A stretch of 64,000 bases of DNA. Origin: Eledone cirrhosa. Its lineage: Eukaryota. Each line of letters begins with the position of its first letter. Position 1 is the stretch's first letter. The DNA lies in assembly GCA_964016885.1 (NCBI GenBank), contig OZ024748.1, positions 39,432,001 to 39,496,000 of the forward strand, read 5' to 3'. Below are positions 26,401-41,490 of this stretch, piece after piece. The notes under the pieces were generated by a model. It did not search any database and was not told where the DNA came from. It was given only the letters and a program-made list of their open reading frames with translations. Made by a program: the position numbers and the translations under genes.

Positions 26401-29400
26401 AACCCTTTCATTACCATATTTCTAATGAAAGTCACTGTCTATGTCATTAACCCTTTCATTACCATATTTCTAATGAAAGTCACTGTCTATGTCATTAATC
26501 CTTTCATTACCATATTTCTAATGAAAGTCACTGTCTATGTCATTAACCCTTTCATTACCATATTTCTAATGAAAGTCACTGTCTATGTCATTAACCCTTT
26601 CATTACCATATTTCTAATGAAAGTCACTGTCTATGTCATTAACCCTTTCATTACCATATTTCTAATGAAAGTCACTGTCTATGTCATTAATCCTTTCATT
26701 ACCATATTTCTAATGAAAGTCACTGTCTATGTCATTAATCCTTTCATTACCATATTTCTAATGAAAGACACTGTCTATGTCATTAACCCTTTCATTACCA
26801 TATTTCTAATGAAAGTCACTGTCTATGTCATTAATCCTTTCATTACCATATTTCTAATGAAAGTCACTGTCTATGTCATTAACCCTTTCATTACCATATT
26901 TCTAATGAAAGACACTGTCTATGTCATTAACCCTTTCATTACCATATTTCTAATGAAAGTCACTGTCTATGTCATTAACCCTTTCATTGCCATATTTCTA
27001 ATGAAAGACACTGTCTATGTCATTAACCCTTTCATTACCATATTTCCGAGACTGTCTATTTCATTAACCCTTTCATTACCATATTTCTAATGAAAGTCAC
27101 TGTCTATGTCATTAATCCTTTCATTACCATATTTCTAATGAAAGGCACTGTCTATGTCATTAACCCTTTCATTACCATATTTCTAATGAAAGTCACTGTC
27201 TATGTCATTAACCCTTTCATTACCATATTTCTAATGAAAGACACTGTCTATGTCATTAACCCTTTCATTACCATATTTCTGAGACTGTCTATTTCATTAA
27301 CCCTTTCATTACCATATTTCTAATGAAAGACACTGTCTATGTCATTAACCCTTTCATTACAATATTTCTAATGAAAGTCACTGTCTATGTCATTAACCCT
27401 TTCATTACCATATTTCTAATGAAAGTCACTGTCTATGTCATTAACCCTTTCATTACCATATTTCTAATGAAAGTCACTGTCTATGTCATTAACCCTTTCA
27501 TTACCATATTTCTAATGAAAGTCACTGTCTATGTCATTAACCCTTTCATTACCATATTTCTAATGAAAGTCACTGTCTATGTCATTAACCCTTTCATTAC
27601 CATATTTCTAATGAAAGTCACTGTCTATTTCATTAACCCTTTCATTACCATATTTCTAATGAAAGACACTGTCTATGTCATTAAACCTTTCATTACCATA
27701 TTTCTAAGGAAAGACACTGTTTATTTCATTAACCCTTTCATTACCATATTTCTAATGAAAGACACTGTCTATTTCATTAACCCTTTCATTACCATATTTC
27801 TAATGAAAGACACTGTCTTTTTCATTAAACCTTTCATTACCATATTTCTAATGAAAGACACTGTCTATGTCATTAACCCGTTCATTACCATATTTCTAAT
27901 GAAAGTCACTGTCTATGTCATTAACCCTTTCATTACCATATTTCTAATGAAAGACACAGTCTATGTCATTAATCCTTTCATTACCATATTTCTAATGAAA
28001 GTCACTGTCTATGTCATTAACCCTTTCATTACCATATTTCTAATGAAAGACACTGTCTATGTGATTAACCCTGTCATTACCATATTTCTAATGAAAGTTA
28101 CTGTCTATGTCAGTAACCCTGTCATTACCATATTTCTAATGAAAGTCACTCTCTATGTCATTAACCCTTTCATTACCATATTTCTAATGAAAGACACTGT
28201 CTATGTGATTAATCCTGTCATTACCATATTTCTAATGAAAGTCACTGTCTATGTCATTAACCCTTTCATTACCATATTTCTAATGAAAGACACAGTCTAT
28301 GTCATTAATCCTTTCATTACCATATTTCTAATGAAAGTCACTGTCTATGTCATTAACCCTTTCATTACCATATTTCTAATGAAAGTCACTCTCTACTTCA
28401 TTAACCCTTTCATTACCATATTTCTAATGAAAGACACAGTCTATGTCATTAATCCTTTCATTACCATATTTCTAATGAAAGTCACTGTCTATGTCATTAA
28501 CCCTTTCATTACCATATTTCTAATGAAAGTCACTCTCTACTTCATTAACCCTTTCATTACCATATTTCTAATGAAAGTCACTGTCTATGTCATTAATCCT
28601 TTCATTACCATATTTCTAATGAAAGTCACTGTCTATGTCATTAACCCTTTCATTACCATATTTCTAATGAAAGTCACTCTCTACTTCATTAACCCTTTCA
28701 TTACCATATTTCTAATGAAAGACACTGTCTATGTCATTAACCCTTTCATTACCATATTTCTAATGAAAGTCACTGTCTATGTCATTAATCCTTTCATTAC
28801 CATATTTCTAATGAAAGTCACTGTCTATGTCATTAACCCTTTCATTACCATATTTCTAATGAAAGACACTGTCTATGTCATTAACCCTTTCATTACCATA
28901 TTTCTAATGAAAGTCACTGTCTATGTCATTAACCCTTTCATTGCCATATTTCTAATGAAAGACACTGTCTATGTTATTAACCCTTTCATTACCATATTTC
29001 TGAGACTGTCTATTTCATTAACCCTTTCATTACCATATTTCTAATGAAAGACACTGTCTATGTCATTAACCCTTTCATTACAATATTTCTAATGAAAGTC
29101 ACTGTCTATGTCATTAACCCTTTCATTACCATATTTCTAATGAAAGTCACTGTCTATGTCATTAACCCTTTCATTACCATATTTCTAATGAAAGTCACTG
29201 TCTATGTCATTAACCCTTTCATTACCATATTTCTAATGAAAGTCACTGTCTATGTCATTAACCCTTTCATTACCATATTTCTAATGAAAGTCACTGTCTA
29301 TGTCATTAACCCTTTCATTACCATATTTCTAATGAAAGTCACTGTCTATTTCATTAACCCTTTCATTACCATATTTCTAATGAAAGACACTGTCTATGTC

Positions 29401-30769
29401 ATTAAACCTTTCATTACCATATTTCTAAGGAAAGACACTGTTTATTTCATTAACCCTTTCATTACCATATTTCTAATGAAAGACACTGTCTATTTCATTA
29501 ACCCTTTCATTACCATATTTCTAATGAAAGACACTGTCTTTTTCATTAAACCTTTCATTACCATATTTCTAATGAAAGACACTGTCTATGTCATTAACCC
29601 GTTCATTACCATATTTCTAATGAAAGTCACTGTCTATGTCATTAACCCTTTCATTACCATATTTCTAATGAAAGACACAGTCTATGTCATTAATCCTTTC
29701 ATTACCATATTTCTAATGAAAGTCACTGTCTATGTCATTAACCCTTTCATTACCATATTTCTAATGAAAGACACTGTCTATGTGATTAACCCTGTCATTA
29801 CCATATTTCTAATGAAAGTTACTGTCTATGTCAGTAACCCTGTCATTACCATATTTCTAATGAAAGTCACTCTCTATGTCATTAACCCTTTCATTACCAT
29901 ATTTCTAATGAAAGTCACTGTCTATGTCATTAACCCTTTCATTACCATATTTCTAATGAAAGTCACTCTCTACTTCATTAACCCTTTCATTACCATATTC
30001 CTAATGAAAGACACAGTCTATGTCATTAATCCTTTCATTACCATATTTCTAATGAAAGTCACTGTCTATGTCATTAACCCTTTCATTACCATATTTCTAA
30101 TGAAAGTCACTCTCTACTTCATTAACCCTTTCATTACCATATTTCTAATGAAAGTCACTGTCTATGTCATTAATCCTTTCATTACCATATTTCTAATGAA
30201 AGTCACTGTCTATGTCATTAACCCTTTCATTACCATATTTCTAATGAAAGTCACTCTCTACTTCATTAACCCTTTCATTACCATATTTCTAATGAAAGAC
30301 ACTGTCTATGTCATTAACCCTTTCATTACCATATTTCTAATGAAAGTCATTGTCTATGTCATTAACCCTTTCATTACCATATTTCTAATGAAAGACACAG
30401 TCTATGTCATTAATCCTTTCATTACCATATTTCTAATGAAAGACACTGTCTATGTCATTAACCCTTTCATTACCATATTTCTAATGAAAGTCACTCTCTA
30501 CTTCATTAACCCTTTCATTACCATATTTCTAATGAAAGACACAGTCTATGTCATTAATCCTTTCATTACCATATTTCTAATGAAAGTCACTGTCTATGTC
30601 ATTAACCCTTTCATTACCATATTTCTAATGAAAGACACTGTCTATGTGATTAACCCTGTCATTACCATATTTCTAATGAAAGTCACTGTTTATGTCATTA
30701 ACCCTGTCATTACCATATTTCTAATGAAAGTCACTGTCTATGTCATTAACCCTTTCATTACCATATTTC

Positions 30770-33700
30770 TAATGAAAGACACTGTCTATGTCATTAACCC
30801 TTTCATTACAATATTTCTAATGAAAGTCACTGTCTATGTCATTAACCCTTTCATTACCATATTTCTAATGAAAGTCACTGTCTATGTCATTAACCCTTTC
30901 ATTACCATATTTCTAATGAAAATCATTGTTTATGTCATTAACCCTGTCATTACCATATTTCTAATGAAAGTCACTGTCTATGTCATTAACCCTTTCATTA
31001 CCATATTTCTAATGAAAGACACTGTCTATGTCATTAACCCTTTCATTACCATATTTCTAATGAAAGACACTGTCTATGTCATTAACCCTTTCATTACCAT
31101 ATTTCTAATGAAAGACACTGTCTATGTCATTAACCCTTTCATTACTATATTTCTAATGAAAGTCACTGTCTATGTCATTAACCCTTTCATTACCATATTT
31201 CTAATGAAAGACACTGTCTATGTGATTAACCCTGTCATTACCATATTTCTAATGAAAGTCACTGTTTATGTCATTAACCCTGTCATTACCATATTTCTAA
31301 TGAAAGTCACTGTCTATGTCATTAACCCTTTCATTACCATATTTCTAATGAAAGACACTGTCTATTTCATTAACCCTTTCATTACCATATTTCTAATGAA
31401 AGACACTGTCTATGTCATTAACCCTTTCAATACCATATTTCTAATGAAAGACACTGTTTATTTCATTAACCCTTTCAATACCATATTTCTAATGAAAGAC
31501 ACTGTCTATTTCATTAACCCTTTCATTACCATATTTCTAATGAAAGACACTGTCTATTTCATTAACCCTTTCATTACCATATTTCTAATGAAAGACACTG
31601 TCTATTTCATTAACCCTTTCATTACCATATTTCTAATGAAAGACACTGTCTATTTCATTAACCCTTTCATTACCATATTTCTAATGAAAGACACTGTCTA
31701 TGTCATTAACCCTTACATTACCATATTTCTAATGAAAGTCACTGTCTATGTCATTAACCCTTTCATTACCATATTTCTAATGAAAGTCACTGTCTATGTC
31801 ATTAACCCTTTCAATACCATATTTCTAATGAAAGTCACTGTTTATGTCATTAACCCTGTCATTACCATATTTCTAATGAAAGTCACTGTCTATGTCATTA
31901 ACCCTTTCATTACCATATTTCTAATGAAAGACACTGTCTATGTCATTAACCCTTACATTACCATATTTCTAATGAAAGTCACTGTCTATGTCATTAACCC
32001 TTTCATTACCATATTTCTAATGAAAGTCACTGTCTATGTCATTAACCCTTTCATTACCATATTTCTAATGAAAGTCACTGTCTATGTCATTAACCCTTTC
32101 ATTACCATATTTCTAATGAAAGTCACTGTCTATGTCATTAATCATTTCATTACCATATTTCTAATGAAAGTCACTGTCTATGTCATTAACCCTTTCATTA
32201 CCATATTTCTAATGAAAGTCACTGTCTATGTCATTAACCCTTTCATTACCATATTTCTAATGAAAGTCACTGTCTATGTCATTAACCCTTTCATTACCAT
32301 ATTTCTAATGAAAGTCACTGTCTATGTCATTAACCCTTTCATTACCATATTTCTAATGAGAGTCACTGTCTATGTCATTAACCCTTTCATTACCATATTT
32401 CTAATGAAAGTCACTGTCTATGTCATTAACCCTTTCATTACCATATTTCTAATGAAAGTCACTGTCTATGTCATTAACCCTTTCATTACCATATTTCTAA
32501 TGAAAGTCACTGTCTATGTCATTAACCCTTTCATTACCATATTTCTAATGAAAGTCACTGTCTATGTCATTAATCCTTTCATTACCATATTTCTAATGAA
32601 AGTCACTGTCTATGTCATTAACCCTTTCATTACCATATTTCTAATGAAAGTCACTGTCTATGTCATTAACCCTTTCATTACCATATTTCTAATGAAAGTC
32701 ACTGTCTATGTCATTAACCCTTTCATTACCATATTTCTAATGAAAGTCACTGTCTATGTCATTAATCCTTTCATTACCATATTTCTAATGAAAGTCACTG
32801 TCTATGTCATTAACCCTTTCATTACCATATTTCTAATGAAAGTCACTGTCTATGTCATTAACCCTTTCATTACCATATTTCTAATGAAAGTCACTGTCTA
32901 TGTCATTAACCCTTTCATTACCATATTTCTAATGAAAGTCACTGTCTATGTCATTAATCCTTTCATTACCATATTTCTAATGAAAGTCACTGTCTATGTC
33001 ATTAATCCTTTCATTACCATATTTCTAATGAAAGACACTGTCTATGTCATTAACCCTTTCATTACCATATTTCTAATGAAAGTCACTGTCTATGTCATTA
33101 ATCCTTTCATTACCATATTTCTAATGAAAGTCACTGTCTATGTAATTAACCCTTTCATTACCATATTTCTAATGAAAGACACTGTCTATGTCATTAACCC
33201 TTTCATTACCATATTTCTAATGAAAGTCACTGTCTATGTCATTAACCCTTTCATTGCCATATTTCTAATGAAAGACACTGTCTATGTCATTAACCCTTTC
33301 ATTACCATATTTCCGAGACTGTCTATTTCATTAACCCTTTCATTACCATATTTCTAATGAAAGTCACTGTCTATGTCATTAATCCTTTCATTACCATATT
33401 TCTAATGAAAGGCACTGTCTATGTCATTAACCCTTTCATTACCATATTTCTAATTAAAGTCACTGTCTATGTCATTAACCCTTTCATTACCATATTTCTA
33501 ATGAAAGACACTGTCTATGTCATTAACCCTTTCATTACCATATTTCTGAGACTGTCTATTTCATTAACCCTTTCATTACCATATTTCTAATGAAAGACAC
33601 TGTCTATGTCATTAACCCTTTCATTACAATATTTCTAATGAAAGTCACTGTCTATGTCATTAACCCTTTCATTACCATATTTCTAATGAAAGTCACTGTC

Positions 33701-36700
33701 TATGTCATTAACCCTTTCATTACCATATTTCTAATGAAAGTCACTGTCTATGTCATTAACCCTTTCATTACCATATTTCTAATGAAAGTCACTGTCTATG
33801 TCATTAACCCTTTCATTACCATATTTCTAATGAAAGTCACTGTCTATTTCATTAACCCTTTCATTACCATATTTCTAATGAAAGACACTGTCTATGTCAT
33901 TAAACCTTTCATTACCATATTTCTAAGGAAAGACACTGTTTATTTCATTAACCCTTTCATTACCATATTTCTAATGAAAGACACTGTCTATTTCATTAAC
34001 CCTTTCATTACCATATTTCTAATGAAAGACACTGTCTTTTTCATTAAACCTTTCATTACCATATTTCTAATGAAAGACACTGTCTATGTCATTAACCCGT
34101 TCATTACCATATTTCTAATGAAAGTCACTGTCTATGTCATTAACCCTTTCATTACCATATTTCTAATGAAAGACACAGTCTATGTCATTAATCCTTTCAT
34201 TACCATATTTCTAATGAAAGTCACTGTCTATGTCATTAACCCTTTCATTACCATATTTCTAATGAAAGACACTGTCTATGTGATTAACCCTGTCATTACC
34301 ATATTTCTAATGAAAGTTACTGTCTATGTCAGTAACCCTGTCATTACCATATTTCTAATGAAAGTCACTCTCTATGTCATTAACCCTTTCATTACCATAT
34401 TTCTAATGAAAGACACTGTCTATGTGATTAATCCTGTCATTACCATATTTCTAATGAAAGTCACTGTCTATGTCATTAACCCTTTCATTACCATATTTCT
34501 AATGAAAGACACAGTCTATGTCATTAATCCTTTCATTACCATATTTCTAATGAAAGTCACTGTCTATGTCATTAACCCTTTCATTACCATATTTCTAATG
34601 AAAGTCACTCTCTACTTCATTAACCCTTTCATTACCATATTTCTAATGAAAGACACAGTCTATGTCATTAATCCTTTCATTACCATATTTCTAATGAAAG
34701 TCACTGTCTATGTCATTAACCCTTTCATTACCATATTTCTAATGAAAGTCACTCTCTACTTCATTAACCCTTTCATTACCATATTTCTAATGAAAGTCAC
34801 TGTCTATGTCATTAATCCTTTCATTACCATATTTCTAATGAAAGTCACTGTCTATGTCATTAACCCTTTCATTACCATATTTCTAATGAAAGTCACTCTC
34901 TACTTCAGTAACCCTTTCATTACCATATTTCTAATGAAAGACACTGTCTATGTCATTAACCCTTTCATTACCATATTTCTAATGAAAGTCATTGTCTATG
35001 TCATTAACCCTTTCATTACCATATTTCTAATGAAAGACACAGTCTATGTCATTAATCCTTTCATTACCATATTTCTAATGAAAGACACTGTCTATGTAAT
35101 TAACCCTTTCATTACCATATTTCTAATGAAAGTCACTCTCTACTTCATTAACCCTTTCATTACCATATTTCTAATGAAAGACACAGTCTATGTCATTAAT
35201 CCTTTCATTACCATATTTCTAATGAAAGTCACTGTCTATGTCATTAACCCTTTCATTACCATATTTCTAATGAAAGTCACTCTCTACTTCATTAACCCTG
35301 TCATTACCATATTTCTAATGAAAGTCACTGTCTATGTCATTAACCCTTTCATTACCATATTTCTAATGAAAGACACTGTCTATGTCATTAATCCTTTCAT
35401 TACCATATTTCTAATGAAAGTCACTGTCTATGTCATTAACCCTTTCATTACCATATTTCTAATGAAAGTCACTGTCTATGTCATTAACCCTTTCATTACC
35501 ATATTTCTAATGAAAGTCACTGTCTATGTCATTAACCCTTTCATTACCATATTTCTAATGAAAGTCACTGTCTATGTCATTAATCCTTTCATTACCATAT
35601 TTCTAATGAAAGTCACTGTCTATGTCATTAACCCTTTCATTACCATATTTCTAATGAAAGTCACTGTCTATGTCATTAACCCTTTCATTACCATATTTCT
35701 AATGAAAGTCACTGTCTATGTCATTAACCCTTTCATTACCATATTTCTAATGAAAGTCACTGTCTATGTCATTAATCCTTTCATTACCATATTTCTAATG
35801 AAAGTCACTGTCTATGTCATTAATCCTTTCATTACCATATTTCTAATGAAAGACACTGTCTATGTCATTAACCCTTTCATTACCATATTTCTAATGAAAG
35901 TCACTGTCTATGTCATTAATCCTTTCATTACCATATTTCTAATGAAAGTCACTGTCTATGTCATTAATCCTTTCATTACCATATTTCTAATGAAAGACAC
36001 TGTCTATGTCATTAACCCTTTCATTACCATATTTCTAATGAAAGTCACTGTCTATGTCATTAATCCTTTCATTACCATATTTCTAATGAAAGTCACTGTC
36101 TATGTAATTAACCCTTTCATTACCATATTTCTAATGAAAGACACTGTCTATGTCATTAACCCTTTCATTACAATATTTCTAATGAAAGTCACTGTCTATG
36201 TCATTAACCCTTTCATTACCATATTTCTAATGAAAGTCACTGTCTATGTCATTAACCCTTTCATTACCATATTTCTAATGAAAATCATTGTTTATGTCAT
36301 TAACCCTGTCATTACCATATTTCTAATGAAAGTCACTGTCTATGTCATTAACCCTTTCATTACCATATTTCTAATGAAAGACACTGTCTATGTCATTAAC
36401 CCTTTCATTACCATATTTCTAATGAAAGACACTGTCTATGTCATTAACCCTTTCATTACCATATTTCTAATGAAAGACACTGTCTATGTCATTAACCCTT
36501 TCATTACTATATTTCTAATGAAAGTCACTGTCTATGTCATTAACCCTTTCATTACCATATTTCTAATGAAAGACACTGTCTATGTGATTAACCCTGTCAT
36601 TACCATATTTCTAATGAAAGTCACTGTTTATGTCATTAACCCTGTCATTACCATATTTCTAATGAAAGTCACTGTCTATGTCATTAACCCTTTCATTACC

Positions 36701-39700
36701 ATATTTCTAATGAAAGACACTGTCTATTTCATTAACCCTTTCATTACCATATTTCTAATGAAAGACACTGTCTATGTCATTAACCCTTTCAATACCATAT
36801 TTCTAATGAAAGACACTGTTTATTTCATTAACCCTTTCAATACCATATTTCTAATGAAAGACACTGTCTATTTCATTAACCCTTTCATTACCATATTTCT
36901 AATGAAAGACACTGTCTATTTCATTAACCCTTTCATTACCATATTTCTAATGAAAGACACTGTCTATTTCATTAACCCTTTCATTACCATATTTCTAATG
37001 AAAGACACTGTCTATTTCATTAACCCTTTCATTACCATATTTCTAATGAAAGACACTGTCTATGTCATTAACCCTTACATTACCATATTTCTAATGAAAG
37101 TCACTGTCTATGTCATTAACCCTTTCATTACCATATTTCTAATGAAAGTCACTGTCTATGTCATTAACCCTTTCAATACCATATTTCTAATGAAAGTCAC
37201 TGTTTATGTCATTAACCCTGTCATTACCATATTTCTAATGAAAGTCACTGTCTATGTCATTAACCCTTTCATTACCATATTTCTAATGAAAGACACTGTC
37301 TATGTCATTAACCCTTACATTACCATATTTCTAATGAAAGTCACTGTCTATGTCATTAACCCTTTCATTACCATATTTCTAATGAAAGTCACTGTCTATG
37401 TCATTAACCCTTTCATTACCATATTTCTAATGAAAGTCACTGTCTATGTCATTAACCCTTTCATTACCATATTTCTAATGAAAGTCACTGTCTATGTCAT
37501 TAATCATTTCATTACCATATTTCTAATGAAAGTCACTGTCTATGTCATTAACCCTTTCATTACCATATTTCTAATGAAAGTCACTGTCTATGTCATTAAC
37601 CCTTTCATTACCATATTTCTAATGAAAGTCACTGTCTATGTCATTAACCCTTTCATTACCATATTTCTAATGAAAGTCACTGTCTATGTCATTAACCCTT
37701 TCATTACCATATTTCTAATGAAAGTCACTGTCTATGTCATTAACCCTTTCATTACCATATTTCTAATGAAAGTCACTGTCTATGTCATTAACCCTTTCAT
37801 TACCATATTTCTAATGAAAGTCACTGTCTATGTCATTAACCCTTTCATTACCATATTTCTAATGAAAGTCACTGTCTATGTCATTAACCCTTTCATTACC
37901 ATATTTCTAATGAAAGTCACTGTCTATGTCATTAATCCTTTCATTACCATATTTCTAATGAAAGTCACTGTCTATGTCATTAACCCTTTCATTACCATAT
38001 TTCTAATGAAAGTCACTGTCTATGTCATTAACCCTTTCATTACCATATTTCTAATGAAAGTCACTGTCTATGTCATTAACCCTTTCATTACCATATTTCT
38101 AATGAAAGTCACTGTCTATGTCATTAATCCTTTCATTACCATATTTCTAATGAAAGTCACTGTCTATGTCATTAACCCTTTCATTACCATATTTCTAATG
38201 AAAGTCACTGTCTATGTCATTAACCCTTTCATTACCATATTTCTAATGAAAGTCACTGTCTATGTCATTAACCCTTTCATTACCATATTTCTAATGAAAG
38301 TCACTGTCTATGTCATTAATCCTTTCATTACCATATTTCTAATGAAAGTCACTGTCTATGTCATTAATCCTTTCATTACCATATTTCTAATGAAAGACAC
38401 TGTCTATGTCATTAACCCTTTCATTACCATATTTCTAATGAAAGTCACTGTCTATGTCATTAATCCTTTCATTACCATATTTCTAATGAAAGTCACTGTC
38501 TATGTAATTAACCCTTTCATTACCATATTTCTAATGAAAGACACTGTCTATGTCATTAACCCTTTCATTACCATATTTCTAATGAAAGTCACTGTCTATG
38601 TCATTAACCCTTTCATTGCCATATTTCTAATGAAAGACACTGTCTATGTCATTAACCCTTTCATTACCATATTTCCGAGACTGTCTATTTCATTAACCCT
38701 TTCATTACCATATTTCTAATGAAAGTCACTGTCTATGTCATTAATCCTTTCATTACCATATTTCTAATGAAAGGCACTGTCTATGTCATTAACCCTTTCA
38801 TTACCATATTTCTAATTAAAGTCACTGTCTATGTCATTAACCCTTTCATTACCATATTTCTAATGAAAGACACTGTCTATGTCATTAACCCTTTCATTAC
38901 CATATTTCTGAGACTGTCTATTTCATTAACCCTTTCATTACCATATTTCTAATGAAAGACACTGTCTATGTCATTAACCCTTTCATTACAATATTTCTAA
39001 TGAAAGTCACTGTCTATGTCATTAACCCTTTCATTACCATATTTCTAATGAAAGTCACTGTCTATGTCATTAACCCTTTCATTACCATATTTCTAATGAA
39101 AGTCACTGTCTATGTCATTAACCCTTTCATTACCATATTTCTAATGAAAGTCACTGTCTATGTCATTAACCCTTTCATTACCATATTTCTAATGAAAGTC
39201 ACTGTCTATTTCATTAACCCTTTCATTACCATATTTCTAATGAAAGACACTGTCTATGTCATTAAACCTTTCATTACCATATTTCTAAGGAAAGACACTG
39301 TTTATTTCATTAACCCTTTCATTACCATATTTCTAATGAAAGACACTGTCTATTTCATTAACCCTTTCATTACCATATTTCTAATGAAAGACACTGTCTT
39401 TTTCATTAAACCTTTCATTACCATATTTCTAATGAAAGACACTGTCTATGTCATTAACCCGTTCATTACCATATTTCTAATGAAAGTCACTGTCTATGTC
39501 ATTAACCCTTTCATTACCATATTTCTAATGAAAGACACAGTCTATGTCATTAATCCTTTCATTACCATATTTCTAATGAAAGTCACTGTCTATGTCATTA
39601 ACCCTTTCATTACCATATTTCTAATGAAAGACACTGTCTATGTGATTAACCCTGTCATTACCATATTTCTAATGAAAGTTACTGTCTATGTCAGTAACCC

Positions 39701-41490
39701 TGTCATTACCATATTTCTAATGAAAGTCACTCTCTATGTCATTAACCCTTTCATTACCATATTTCTAATGAAAGACACTGTCTATGTGATTAATCCTGTC
39801 ATTACCATATTTCTAATGAAAGTCACTGTCTATGTCATTAACCCTTTCATTACCATATTTCTAATGAAAGACACAGTCTATGTCATTAATCCTTTCATTA
39901 CCATATTTCTAATGAAAGTCACTGTCTATGTCATTAACCCTTTCATTACCATATTTCTAATGAAAGTCACTCTCTACTTCATTAACCCTTTCATTACCAT
40001 ATTTCTAATGAAAGACACAGTCTATGTCATTAATCCTTTCATTACCATATTTCTAATGAAAGTCACTGTCTATGTCATTAACCCTTTCATTACCATATTT
40101 CTAATGAAAGTCACTCTCTACTTCATTAACCCTTTCATTACCATATTTCTAATGAAAGTCACTGTCTATGTCATTAATCCTTTCATTACCATATTTCTAA
40201 TGAAAGTCACTGTCTATGTCATTAACCCTTTCATTACCATATTTCTAATGAAAGTCACTCTCTACTTCAGTAACCCTTTCATTACCATATTTCTAATGAA
40301 AGACACTGTCTATGTCATTAACCCTTTCATTACCATATTTCTAATGAAAGTCATTGTCTATGTCATTAACCCTTTCATTACCATATTTCTAATGAAAGAC
40401 ACAGTCTATGTCATTAATCCTTTCATTACCATATTTCTAATGAAAGACACTGTCTATGTAATTAACCCTTTCATTACCATATTTCTAATGAAAGTCACTC
40501 TCTACTTCATTAACCCTTTCATTACCATATTTCTAATGAAAGACACAGTCTATGTCATTAATCCTTTCATTACCATATTTCTAATGAAAGTCACTGTCTA
40601 TGTCATTAACCCTTTCATTACCATATTTCTAATGAAAGTCACTCTCTACTTCATTAACCCTGTCATTACCATATTTCTAATGAAAGTCACTGTCTATGTC
40701 ATTAACCCTTTCATTACCATATTTCTAATGAAAGACACTGTCTATGTCATTAATCCTTTCATTACCATATTTCTAATGAAAGTCACTGTCTATGTCATTA
40801 ACCCTTTCATTACCATATTTCTAATGAAAGTCACTGTCTATGTCATTAACCCTTTCATTACCATATTTCTAATGAAAGTCACTGTCTATGTCATTAACCC
40901 TTTCATTACCATATTTCTAATGAAAGTCACTGTCTATGTCATTAATCCTTTCATTACCATATTTCTAATGAAAGTCACTGTCTATGTCATTAACCCTTTC
41001 ATTACCATATTTCTAATGAAAGTCACTGTCTATGTCATTAACCCTTTCATTACCATATTTCTAATGAAAGTCACTGTCTATGTCATTAACCCTTTCATTA
41101 CCATATTTCTAATGAAAGTCACTGTCTATGTCATTAATCCTTTCATTACCATATTTCTAATGAAAGTCACTGTCTATGTCATTAATCCTTTCATTACCAT
41201 ATTTCTAATGAAAGACACTGTCTATGTCATTAACCCTTTCATTACCATATTTCTAATGAAAGTCACTGTCTATGTCATTAATCCTTTCATTACCATATTT
41301 CTAATGAAAGTCACTGTCTATGTCATTAATCCTTTCATTACCATATTTCTAATGAAAGACACTGTCTATGTCATTAACCCTTTCATTACCATATTTCTAA
41401 TGAAAGTCACTGTCTATGTCATTAATCCTTTCATTACCATATTTCTAATGAAAGTCACTGTCTATGTAATTAACCCTTTCATTACCATAT
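30770..41490. repeat. 5,362-bp (112-monomer) tandem duplication
   Basis: Markers recur at exactly +5362: ACAATA 30808/36170, AATCAT 32144/37506, TAATTAAAG 33455/38817, GTAATT in a GAC monomer 35098/40460. Breakpoints are approximate. Confidence 0.88.
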
